From an uncultured Thermococci archaeon (GTDB lineage: Archaea > Methanobacteriota_B > Thermococci > Thermococcales > Thermococcaceae): a stretch of 24,000 nucleotides of DNA. Numbering within the stretch: position 1 is the first letter of the stretch; every line of letters begins with the position of its first letter. The notes beneath the pieces are model-generated. The model was not told the DNA's origin. It searched no databases and saw only the letters and a list, made by a program, of their open reading frames with translations. The stretch spans positions 9,749 to 33,748 of the forward strand of contig CAZTOS010000005.1 of the NCBI GenBank assembly GCA_964615185.1, in the 5' to 3' direction. Both the position numbers and the translations under genes were made by a program. Shown piece by piece: positions 7,674-15,492 of this stretch.

Positions 7674-7852
7674 AATCATCACCTCACAACTTTTTGAAAG
7701 TTAAACTGGGGGTTTATTAAACTAACCATACCTAATGAAGAAAAGCCAACCATCAATTTATCCACAATACTAACGCTTTAACTTTCAATCTAAGCTCAAT
7801 TAACATCGGCATTGTGCATCGAGTTTTCTTCAGATAATCATTATTTAAATCC

Positions 7853-7873
7853 TTTGTCACTTCGATTGACAAA
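7853..7873 (+). promoter_or_regulatory. Perfect 7-bp inverted repeat TTTGTCA-N7-TGACAAA between two TATA-like elements upstream of the amidohydrolase gene
   Basis: The repeat was read directly from the sequence. It is flanked by TTATTTAAAT (7841-7850) and CTTTAATAT (7885-7893). The RBS GGAGGTGA lies at 7921-7928. Confidence 0.3.
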
Positions 7874-7932
7874 ATGACAAAAAGCTTTAATATCTTGTTA
7901 TCCGAAATTATTTTCCCGCTGGAGGTGATAGG

Positions 7933-9183
7933 ATGAAGGCGATAATTGCGAAGTATATCTTGGATGTTAACGGAATAAGAGAGAACATGGCCGTTTTAAT
8001 AGAAGGTGATAAAATTTATGATGTTATTCCAAAAGATAAGCTCAAAGAATACGATATTGATGAAATTTTTGGCGGAGAAAACTATCTCTTAATTCCCGGA
8101 CTTATTAATGCTCACACCCATGTGGCAATGACAAAATTTAGGGGAATTGGGGATGACTTACCTCTTGATAATTGGCTGAATGAAGTTATTTGGCCCATGG
8201 AAAAGGAGTGGACGGAAGAAGAAATCCATAAATGGGCACTTATTGGAATTGCAGAGGCCATTGCCAATGGCTCAACAGTAATCAACGATCATTACTTTTT
8301 TGCTGATGAGATTGCTAAAGTAGCTCAAAAGCTTGGCATCAGAGCGTTTATTGGACAGACCATGATGGATTTAGTTGAATTCCCAATTGCAGAACCGGAA
8401 GAGGGGTTTAAGTTTTTCAAGAGATGGAAAAACAGAGATGAGCTCGTTAAACCAGTATTAGCCCCACATGCTACTGATACGGTTTCTCTCGACCTTTTAA
8501 AAGAAACCAAAGAGTTCTCTGAAAAAGAAAAGGCGTTAATCCATATGCACGTTTCTCAGAGCAGGGAAGAAGTTTTAAGGGTTAAGCAGAGAGAAGGAGT
8601 CTTGCCCGTTGAATACCTTAAGAAAGCTGGAGTCCTAAATGAGAACTTCATTGGTGTTCATGGTGTTTATCTGAGTGAGGGAGAAGTTGGGCTTTACGCG
8701 AAAAGTGGAGCAACATTAGTGCACTGTGCAGTTAGTTTGGCAAAGCTTGAGGGGAGTGTCGCACCGATAATTGATTTATGGGAAAAAGGGTGCAACATCG
8801 CACTTGGAAACGACTGTGCGGCTTCGAACAATTCACTTGACATGATTCAAGAGATGAAGTTTGCGGCAATACTGAATAAAGTTAAAGTCCAAAATCCTAC
8901 TAAGGCTTCAGCAAAGGATGTATTTTACTGGGCAACGGTCGGAGGAGCAAAAGCATTGAAAATTAAAGCGGGACTGATAGAGAGAGGATATCTTGCGGAT
9001 TTAGTGCTGATTAACATCAACAAGCTCCACTTCACTCCAGAGACAAATCTGCTTTCTCATCTGACTTATTCCGCCAAGGGAAGTGATGTTGAAAAGGTGT
9101 TTGTGAATGGTGAGCTGATTTATAACTCTGGAAAGTTTACAAAAATGTCAGCACCTTTTTTAACTTCTTGGTTAATTGTTTAA
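7933..9183 (+). CDS. mtaD: Metal-dependent amidohydrolase, 5-methylthioadenosine/S-adenosylhomocysteine deaminase-like (older annotations call it a chlorohydrolase)
   Basis: It has the amidohydrolase signature LIPGLINAHTHVAMT (HxH), later His residues (HMHVSQS, GVHGVY) and the Asp region LGNDCAASNN. The length and layout match the MtaD/ATZ-TRZ family. Substrate specificity is inferred only. Confidence 0.7.
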   Translation: MKAIIAKYILDVNGIRENMAVLIEGDKIYDVIPKDKLKEYDIDEIFGGENYLLIPGLINAHTHVAMTKFRGIGDDLPLDNWLNEVIWPMEKEWTEEEIHKWALIGIAEAIANGSTVINDHYFFADEIAKVAQKLGIRAFIGQTMMDLVEFPIAEPEEGFKFFKRWKNRDELVKPVLAPHATDTVSLDLLKETKEFSEKEKALIHMHVSQSREEVLRVKQREGVLPVEYLKKAGVLNENFIGVHGVYLSEGEVGLYAKSGATLVHCAVSLAKLEGSVAPIIDLWEKGCNIALGNDCAASNNSLDMIQEMKFAAILNKVKVQNPTKASAKDVFYWATVGGAKALKIKAGLIERGYLADLVLININKLHFTPETNLLSHLTYSAKGSDVEKVFVNGELIYNSGKFTKMSAPFLTSWLIV

Positions 9184-9284
9184 TATACTAAGCAGTAAGA
9201 TTTATATAGGATAATTTCCAATTGTCTTCATAGTTATTTACAAAAATTATAATACTTAATCACTATGATTGGAGGGATTAATAA

Positions 9285-9611
9285 TTGTTCATTGATCCCT
9301 TTGTAATTCGCTCCATTAACCGGAGTGAACTCCGGAAACGGATTCTATTGTATCTTTACGAGATATATCCCTCTCCCACCTATCTTGCTGAAATTGCACG
9401 AGTTGTCCGTTCGGATCCTTCAAATGTTAAAGGGGCTCTAGTAGGGCTTGGGAATAGATATAACGGACACAGTTCTCTCGTAAGCTTAGGGTTAGTTGAA
9501 ATAATAGAAGAAAATGGATTCAAATACTATCGACTCTCAGAATACGGAAAAAGAGTTGTCGAGCTTCTTAAATCATATCGTAGCTATTATAGCAAAATTT
9601 ATGTGAGGTGA
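9285..9611 (+). CDS. Small winged-helix DNA-binding protein upstream of the archaellum operon (candidate EarA-like regulator)
   Basis: It is 108 aa with a TTG start; GGAGGG lies 8 nt upstream. The helix-rich core RKRILLYLYEIYPSPTYLAEIARVVRSDPSNVKGAL, followed by the beta-hairpin-like LVEIIEENGFKYYRLSEYG, is typical of a wHTH. The stop overlaps the next gene. Confidence 0.6.
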   Translation: MFIDPFVIRSINRSELRKRILLYLYEIYPSPTYLAEIARVVRSDPSNVKGALVGLGNRYNGHSSLVSLGLVEIIEENGFKYYRLSEYGKRVVELLKSYRSYYSKIYVR

Positions 9612-9616
9612 AAGGA

Positions 9617-10576
9617 ATGAATTCCTTAGTTAAAAAAATAGATGAAAACATTTCAGCCATGATCCAAATATCTATGCTCAACTTAATCAAACTTGGATTA
9701 AAATATGGAATTTTTAACAAACTAACAATAAAACGCCACTATGCCGATATTTTAGGCTCAAGTCCAATTAGAAATAAGCCTTTATTAAAAAGCCTCCTAG
9801 ATACATATGTTGAAGTGGGAATATTAGAAAAAGGCATTAATGAAATAAAAATGAAAAACTTTTCTTACACAATGACTCTCAATAGAGGGAGTGTTCAACA
9901 TATGCTTCCCAGTTGGGTTCCAATTTTTGAGGAAATATACAAAATGGTGGATTACGCGTTTATAAGTCCAGAGCATCCGAAAATTTTAATGGATTTTGAT
10001 AAAGATGCAGATTTTTGGGATATGAGGCTCTCTCTGGAATTTAACAGTAATTATAGGAAATTGATAGTATCCATAGGAAAGCTAAAAGATGAAATGAGAG
10101 TTTTGGATCTAGGATGCGGGTCTGTCTCACCGATTGAGATAGGGAAATTTTTAGGTCCTAATGGGGAATATGTGGGTGTTGATTTCTCACCAGGTATTAT
10201 GAGCATTGCTAAACAAAGAATTCAAAATTTGGGCTTTGACTGGGTTACCTTAAAAGAAATAGACATAAGAGTAATAAAACCTAAAACTAAGTATGATGTA
10301 GTTATTATGAGTTTTATTCTGGAATATATAGATAACATTCAAAAGGTTATGAAAAATGCAATGGAAGCATTAGAAGAAAAGGGGAAGTTGATAATTGTAG
10401 AGCCTTTTAGGGAAAATTATCCAAACATCGAAGCTTGGGAATTTTTTGAAAGATTGACAAGGGAATTTGTAGAATTTCCTAAAAAATCATCTATAATAGA
10501 GAGCCTTGAGGATGATGGATACACGTATAGGATACAGGAAGTTGGAAAGTCTATTTTGATGATTGAGAAGCTGTAG
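9617..10576 (+). CDS. Class I SAM-dependent methyltransferase with an N-terminal helical (O-methyltransferase dimerisation/wHTH-like) domain
   Basis: Motif I is VLDLGCGSVSPIE, post-I is GVDFSPGIM, and motif II/III is DVVIMSFILEYI. I prefer ATG 9617 because GAGGTGA lies 5 nt upstream. The track's GTG 9608 overlaps the wHTH stop. Confidence 0.8.
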   Translation: MNSLVKKIDENISAMIQISMLNLIKLGLKYGIFNKLTIKRHYADILGSSPIRNKPLLKSLLDTYVEVGILEKGINEIKMKNFSYTMTLNRGSVQHMLPSWVPIFEEIYKMVDYAFISPEHPKILMDFDKDADFWDMRLSLEFNSNYRKLIVSIGKLKDEMRVLDLGCGSVSPIEIGKFLGPNGEYVGVDFSPGIMSIAKQRIQNLGFDWVTLKEIDIRVIKPKTKYDVVIMSFILEYIDNIQKVMKNAMEALEEKGKLIIVEPFRENYPNIEAWEFFERLTREFVEFPKKSSIIESLEDDGYTYRIQEVGKSILMIEKL

Positions 10577-10622
10577 TTCTTTTCAATTTTTTACAAATTT
10601 TTGCTTATTACTCAATTTTTTG
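10577..10622 (+). terminator. T-rich tract after the methyltransferase gene
   Basis: The sequence is ttcttttcaattttttacaaatttttgcttattactcaatttttt, which contains several T5-T6 runs directly after the stop codon. Confidence 0.45.
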
Positions 10623-10627
10623 GTAAA

Positions 10628-10661
10628 TATCTACATATGTAGATACATTCCCATATACATA
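10628..10661 (+). promoter_or_regulatory. TACATA hexamer cluster including an 18-bp perfect palindrome (candidate activator/operator site of the fla promoter)
   Basis: The palindrome TATCTACATATGTAGATA spans 10628-10645. TACATA occurs at 10632-10637 and 10656-10661, its complement TATGTA at 10636-10641, and the near-copy TACATT at 10644-10649. The cluster ends 20 nt upstream of the TATA box. Confidence 0.55.
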
Positions 10662-10670
10662 GGCAAAAAC

Positions 10671-10690
10671 AAAAAATTGCTTTATATTCA
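10671..10690 (+). promoter_or_regulatory. BRE/TATA promoter of the archaellin genes
   Basis: An A-rich BRE-like stretch, AAAAAATTGC, precedes TTTATATT (10681-10688). The RBS GGAGGTG lies at 10724-10730 and the ATG at 10739. Confidence 0.6.
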
Positions 10691-10738
10691 AAAGTACTTA
10701 TTACTTATTGCAGAATCTCCAATGGAGGTGCTCTTGGC

Positions 10739-11410
10739 ATGGGACATTTTATAAAGAAGAGGAGAGGTGCCGTTGGTATTGGCACCTTGATTGTGTTTAT
10801 AGCTATGGTTTTAGTGGCGGCAGTGGCGGCAGCAGTTCTTATTAATACGAGCGGTTACTTGCAGCAAAGAGCAGAATCTACAGGAAGGCAAACAACAAAG
10901 GAAGTAGCAACAGGATTACAAATCGACAAAGTAGTAGGGCATGTAGACCAAAACAATGGTAAGATTGATTTAATGGCATTTTATATTTCAGTTCAAGCAG
11001 GTGGAGAAGCGATAGACCTCAACCAAACAAAGATTTATTTAAGTGATGGGCAGAACGTTGTTGTTCTCCAATATGGGTATAATGGTTCAAACAACTTGTA
11101 TTACGACAGCCCATTAAGCAATGGATTGTTTGACACAAGTCTAGGTGTTTGGAAAAACCTAACATCAACAACCTTTGGTATTATAGTGGTTCAGGATGTC
11201 GATAATTCAGTTAGAGCCGATTATCCAAGCATTAACTCTGGAGATATAGTCATTTTAACAGCAAATGTCAGCGCAATCTTTGGCAATAATGGAATTTCAC
11301 CAAGAACTACAGTTACGGTTGAAGTTAGACCAGAGTTTGGAGGTCCAGGATTTACAGCATTTACAACACCACCAAGCTATGGACAGGCAGAGGTTATCGA
11401 GTTAAAGTGA
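10739..11410 (+). CDS. flaB: Archaellin (FlaB/ArlB), short paralog, 223 aa
   Basis: It has a class III (type IV pilin-like) signal peptide, [10 protein letters not shown]|[39 protein letters not shown]. It ends in the conserved C-terminus [18 protein letters not shown] and contains 4 N-x-S/T sequons. Confidence 0.95.
   Translation: MGHFIKKRRGAVGIGTLIVFIAMVLVAAVAAAVLINTSGYLQQRAESTGRQTTKEVATGLQIDKVVGHVDQNNGKIDLMAFYISVQAGGEAIDLNQTKIYLSDGQNVVVLQYGYNGSNNLYYDSPLSNGLFDTSLGVWKNLTSTTFGIIVVQDVDNSVRADYPSINSGDIVILTANVSAIFGNNGISPRTTVTVEVRPEFGGPGFTAFTTPPSYGQAEVIELK
10766..10938 (+). repeat. 173-nt segment identical to 11433-11605 (archaellin 5' regions), copy 1
   Basis: I compared the two copies base by base and found no mismatches. 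The segment covers the codons from GAVGIG to DKVVG. Confidence 0.95.
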
Positions 11411-11420
11411 GGTGAGAAAA

Positions 11421-12440
11421 ATGAAGAAGCGTGGTGCCGTTGGTATTGGCACCTTGATTGTGTTTATAGCTATGGTTTTAGTGGCGGCAGTGGCGGCAGC
11501 AGTTCTTATTAATACGAGCGGTTACTTGCAGCAAAGAGCAGAATCTACAGGAAGGCAAACAACAAAGGAAGTAGCAACAGGATTACAAATCGACAAAGTA
11601 GTAGGACGCATCTCAGGAAACAAGATTGATAAAATGGGAATATACATTTCACTCCAAGCTGGTGGTGAGCCAATAGATCTGAGTCAGACGAAATTAGTGT
11701 TGAATGATCAAAAGAAGCTTGCTATATTAGAATACAAGGACTTTACAAGAGTAAAAATTTCAACGGATATGGATGGAAAAATATTCAATGCAACACTTGT
11801 AGGCACCCATCAAAATGTAACTTATGATACCTCTGCTGGTGATACAATTAGCTTAACCGTAAGCGGAACATTAAAGCAAGATTCAAATGGTAACTACGTT
11901 GGTACTCTAACAGTAACTGGTGGAAGCCTTAAAACAACTTCAGTCACCAATGCTAACTTTACAATCTCAAGTGGATACCTAAAGGTTACAGGAAACAGCT
12001 CCAATAACCTCATAATTACCTCAGGATACCTTGAAACAGATACGGGTAAAACATTGCCTGTAAAGAGCGCTAATCTTACAGGTAGTGGATTATCTCTAAG
12101 TGGTAGTGAAGTAGAGCTTTCAAGTCAAACATTAAACAATGGAACCATAACAATTGCATCCATTTGGAATGTTTTGGACAATGACAATACCCACTTTGGA
12201 TTAATAATTGTTCAGGATGTTGATGGATCACTAAGCGGTGATGTTCCAACAATAACTGCGGGAGATATAGCAATTATTGTAGTTGACACTAAAGCGGTCT
12301 TCTCAAATACCGACGGAATACCAACAAGAACAACAGTAAGTGTTGAAGTTAAGCCAGAATTCGGTGCTTCAGGATTTACAGCGTTTACAACACCACCAAG
12401 CTATGGAATTGGCAACAACCAGGTCATAGAGCTTAAGTAA
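11421..12440 (+). CDS. flaB: Archaellin (FlaB/ArlB), long paralog, 339 aa with expanded central domain
   Basis: Its signal peptide is MKKRG|[18 protein letters not shown]. The N-terminal 60 or so residues are identical to the first archaellin. The C-terminus is [19 protein letters not shown] prefer ATG 11421 with GAGGTGA upstream over the track's GTG 11412. Confidence 0.95.
   Translation: MKKRGAVGIGTLIVFIAMVLVAAVAAAVLINTSGYLQQRAESTGRQTTKEVATGLQIDKVVGRISGNKIDKMGIYISLQAGGEPIDLSQTKLVLNDQKKLAILEYKDFTRVKISTDMDGKIFNATLVGTHQNVTYDTSAGDTISLTVSGTLKQDSNGNYVGTLTVTGGSLKTTSVTNANFTISSGYLKVTGNSSNNLIITSGYLETDTGKTLPVKSANLTGSGLSLSGSEVELSSQTLNNGTITIASIWNVLDNDNTHFGLIIVQDVDGSLSGDVPTITAGDIAIIVVDTKAVFSNTDGIPTRTTVSVEVKPEFGASGFTAFTTPPSYGIGNNQVIELK
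11433..11605 (+). repeat. 173-nt segment identical to 10766-10938, copy 2
   Basis: Same hand comparison as for copy 1. Confidence 0.95.
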
Positions 12441-12468
12441 TCTCTTTTATTTTCATTTTTTCTCTTTT
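12441..12468 (+). terminator. T-rich tract between the archaellin genes and flaC (partial terminator/attenuator candidate)
   Basis: The sequence tctcttttattttcattttttctctttt starts immediately after the stop of the second archaellin. The flaC RBS AGAGGTGG follows it. Confidence 0.5.
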
Positions 12469-12482
12469 AAGAGGTGGCAGAG

Positions 12483-12965
12483 ATGTCATTCAAGTACTTA
12501 AAAGACAAATTCAAGAGGAGCAAGGAAAAGCAGGAGGATGTTGAAGAAGTTGTCATAGATGTTGAAGAAGTATCTCAAGAAGGTGAGGATAAGAGTGAAC
12601 TTGAAGAAAAATTAAATTCCATAATGTCCAGAATTTCTGAGATAGAAAATGACATTCCCAGGATAAAGATGGGCATAGACACTTTGAAAAGCCAAATACA
12701 GGAGATAAGGGGAGAAATTGACAGCTTGAATAAAACAATAAAAGACGTTATGATGCTCTACGAGGTAGTTTCAGAGGAGATAAATCCATTTAGAGACACA
12801 AGCAGGAACAATCCAATACTAAGTGAAATTCAGGACATCAAAAAAGCGATAGAGGATTTAAAAGCAGAAATCGCACAAATAAAAGCAGATCTAAGACTTT
12901 TATCCAGTCATGGAATGGACGTGGAGTCTGTGATATATGAAGTGCTCTCGGAGGGTTTTGAATGA
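12483..12965 (+). CDS. flaC: Archaellum accessory protein FlaC (ArlC), coiled-coil
   Basis: It holds the operon position directly after the archaellins. It has an acidic N-terminus followed by a long heptad-like region (LEEKLNSIMSRISEIENDIPRIKMGIDTLKSQIQEIRGEIDSLNKTIKDV). It overlaps flaD by 4 nt (ATGA). Confidence 0.75.
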   Translation: MSFKYLKDKFKRSKEKQEDVEEVVIDVEEVSQEGEDKSELEEKLNSIMSRISEIENDIPRIKMGIDTLKSQIQEIRGEIDSLNKTIKDVMMLYEVVSEEINPFRDTSRNNPILSEIQDIKKAIEDLKAEIAQIKADLRLLSSHGMDVESVIYEVLSEGFE

Positions 12966-13795
12966 TAACCGAGCTGGAGATAGATAATAAACTTAAAAAA
13001 CTTCAAGGGAAAGTACCTACAGTTCTAATAAATGATCTAAGAGAAAAACTAATTGCCAAAATGGACCTTCTTGAACCAGAACAAGTTGATAAGATAATTG
13101 AAAAGGTCATGGAAAAATATGCTTCACAAGTTGACAGACTAATAAAGCTGGATAAGAGAATTGAAGAAATTAGAAAACATCTCGAAGAACTTTCTAAGAA
13201 CCTTACTCAGGAAAAAAAGGAACAACAAAGTGAAAATCAAGTCACTCAAGAAGACGCAAAAGCTACAGAGAGAATCTCTAACGAATATTTACGTGCACCC
13301 GAAATCCGTTTAGATGGAGAGTATGGGGGAGATAGTGTTAATGAAAGTTTAAGGGAGGAAACACCTATGGAGGAGCAACTTAATATACCAAAAGATATTG
13401 GTTTGATGCTATTCGATAGATCATCAAGGAAGTATAGGTTGGAAAAGCTTCCTGATGATATGATTTCAACTATGATTGCACTGAAGTGGCTTGGTTTCTT
13501 AATGGAGAGAGTAGGTGTCCAAAATCTCGAGAATGTTTTGGAATACTACTACGAACTTGGGTGGATATCCGAGGAAGTTCTCAATGATCTGTTGAAGTAT
13601 GCAAAAGGAACAAAGCCTCATTATAGAGAGCCTGATTGGAAACCAGCTGATAAATTAACAATTCAAGATCATGTGATATCACTCCTATTTATTGAAAGAC
13701 TTAGGGGCACAAGAGTTAGTAGAGAAGTCCTAGACATGCTTGAGAGGGAGATGAAGCTAATAACAAAGGCAATCGAGGAATTCTATGGAGTGTAG
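12962..13795 (+). CDS. flaD: Archaellum accessory protein FlaD/E family (ArlD)
   Basis: It has an N-terminal coiled coil, an acidic low-complexity linker, and a C-terminal conserved FlaD/E-type domain (MISTMIALKWLGFLMERVGVQNLENVLEYYYELGWISEEVLNDLLKY). Confidence 0.8.
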   Translation: MITELEIDNKLKKLQGKVPTVLINDLREKLIAKMDLLEPEQVDKIIEKVMEKYASQVDRLIKLDKRIEEIRKHLEELSKNLTQEKKEQQSENQVTQEDAKATERISNEYLRAPEIRLDGEYGGDSVNESLREETPMEEQLNIPKDIGLMLFDRSSRKYRLEKLPDDMISTMIALKWLGFLMERVGVQNLENVLEYYYELGWISEEVLNDLLKYAKGTKPHYREPDWKPADKLTIQDHVISLLFIERLRGTRVSREVLDMLEREMKLITKAIEEFYGV

Positions 13796-13804
13796 GGGAT
13801 CGCA

Positions 13805-14311
13805 ATGGGTTTTAGCGTTTCAGTAGCTTTCAGTATAATAGTGATCTCTGCTTTACTTATGATCTCTCTACTTTATACTTCTTTTGAAAACACATACATT
13901 GAGATCAGTAAGGCAAAAGAAGTGCATGAAAATGCAAAAATTAACTTGCTCAACCAACGCCTTGATGTTAACTGGACTTACCGAGAAGGAACTAGTGATT
14001 ATAGCATGTATTTCAATGTAACCAACAACGGCATTACTTTAAGACCCCAGTATTGGAACATACTTTATGATGGGAGCATAAACTCAAATCATGTTTCCTT
14101 AGAATCACGCGAATACCTACTTCCCGGAGAGACCATTGAACTAAATGTGACCAATATTCCAAAAATCAACGAAATTCATTCCATAGTAATTACAACGGAA
14201 TATGGATGTTCGTTAAAGATTAAGTGGGAGTGGGTGTGGATTGATCAGAACCAGACAGTTGGAGAGGTTAATGTTCTCAGTGAAGCCTGGTACTGTACAT
14301 TGGAGGGATAA
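13805..14311 (+). CDS. flaF: FlaF (ArlF), membrane-anchored beta-rich archaellum protein
   Basis: It has an N-terminal archaellin-like hydrophobic helix (FSVSVAFSIIVISALLMISLLY) followed by a soluble beta-rich domain. Its size (168 aa) and operon position match FlaF. Confidence 0.75.
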   Translation: MGFSVSVAFSIIVISALLMISLLYTSFENTYIEISKAKEVHENAKINLLNQRLDVNWTYREGTSDYSMYFNVTNNGITLRPQYWNILYDGSINSNHVSLESREYLLPGETIELNVTNIPKINEIHSIVITTEYGCSLKIKWEWVWIDQNQTVGEVNVLSEAWYCTLEG

Positions 14312-14313
14312 AA

Positions 14314-14784
14314 TTGGGAAGTGGAGTCATTTCAGAGCTTATACTCTTCATAGCAGCAATATTAGTTGCGGGCATGGTATCTGGGGCATTATACGTAACT
14401 ACTCAAAACATTGCAGGAGAAATAGAGAACAAAGGACTCACTTTTGCACGGGATTTAAAAATAGACTTTGCTATAATCAATGATCCCGAAAACATACCTC
14501 TGGTTGATAACAACACATATTATGTTTTTTATATTAAAAACACTGGAAAAGAGAGCTTTTTGTTTAGCTCGAATAATGTTGTCGTGCTTATTGATGGTGA
14601 GATAGTTGACTCATCTAATCTCGTATTTGATAACTTAAGTAACCCAGGTCTTGAAGTTTTAAACCCTTATGAGATTGGAGAGCTTCGCGTTAATGCTACT
14701 GTTGTGGATACTTCAGTTCAATATCACAAAATCACGATTATAGTAGAAAATGGAAAGAAAAGAAGCTTAGTATTTAAAGTTTAA
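14314..14784 (+). CDS. flaG: FlaG (ArlG), membrane-anchored archaellum protein
   Basis: It has a TTG start with GGAGGG 6 nt upstream. Its N-terminal helix is SELILFIAAILVAGMVSGALYV. Its size (156 aa) and its position after flaF match FlaG. Confidence 0.75.
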   Translation: MGSGVISELILFIAAILVAGMVSGALYVTTQNIAGEIENKGLTFARDLKIDFAIINDPENIPLVDNNTYYVFYIKNTGKESFLFSSNNVVVLIDGEIVDSSNLVFDNLSNPGLEVLNPYEIGELRVNATVVDTSVQYHKITIIVENGKKRSLVFKV

Positions 14785-14795
14785 AGGTGTTAGAA

Positions 14796-15491
14796 ATGGG
14801 AGAGTTGTTAAGTATAGCAATAAAAAACGATGAGCTTCATAGGAGATTAGGCGGAGGTATTCCAGCCGGAAGTATAGTGTTAATAGAGGGAGATAGAGGG
14901 AGTGGAAAATCTGTATTTTCTCAAAGACTTCTCTATGGATTCCTGTCCAATGGTCACTCTGTTTCTTATTTATCAAGCCAATACACAACTGTCGAGTTTA
15001 TAAATCAAATGTATTCCTTGGGTTATGAAATTATACCTTTTCTTATAAGAAGAAAGCTCTTATTTGTGTCATTCTATCCGCTTTTATCGACTCTTTCTAG
15101 TGAAGAGAAGTTTTTAAGCAGACTTATTAATGAGCCGAGAGTATGGGAACCTGATGTTATAATAATAGACTCCATAACTCCCATAATTGGGAAAAAGGTT
15201 AGCGATTCTGCGTTAAGAATGTTCACTGAACATGTGAAAAAAATGAGTTCATTAGGAAAGGTTACTACGCTAACAGTCAACGAAAAAGAAATGGACGAAG
15301 ACCTTCTTTTAAAACTTGAAGAAATATCTACTCTGCTTATAAGACTTCAAGTTAAGGTATTTGGTGGAGATCTAAAAAATTCTGCTATGATTATAAAATA
15401 TAACAACGCTAAGGGCTTATTCCAGAGAATAATACCATTTAGAGTAGAACCGAGAGTAGGGTTCATAGTAGAGATAGCAACGGTGGTGTGA
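14796..15491 (+). CDS. flaH: FlaH (ArlH), RecA/KaiC-like ATP-binding protein
   Basis: It contains LGGGIPAGSIVLIEGDRGSGKS (Walker A) and the Walker B-like DVIIIDS. I prefer ATG 14796 because AAAGGTG lies 6 nt upstream; the track uses GTG 14787. Confidence 0.87.
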   Translation: MGELLSIAIKNDELHRRLGGGIPAGSIVLIEGDRGSGKSVFSQRLLYGFLSNGHSVSYLSSQYTTVEFINQMYSLGYEIIPFLIRRKLLFVSFYPLLSTLSSEEKFLSRLINEPRVWEPDVIIIDSITPIIGKKVSDSALRMFTEHVKKMSSLGKVTTLTVNEKEMDEDLLLKLEEISTLLIRLQVKVFGGDLKNSAMIIKYNNAKGLFQRIIPFRVEPRVGFIVEIATVV

Positions 15492-15492
15492 G

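Noticed and set aside
10563-10754. Track ORF of 63 aa spanning the methyltransferase stop, terminator and fla promoter
   Set aside because: It has a hydrophobic, low-complexity translation of T-rich and AT-rich regulatory DNA. It overlaps the TATA box and the archaellin RBS and start.
14241-14483. Track ORF of 80 aa overlapping the flaF end and flaG start
   Set aside because: It is out of frame with two well-supported genes, has an implausible composition and has no RBS.
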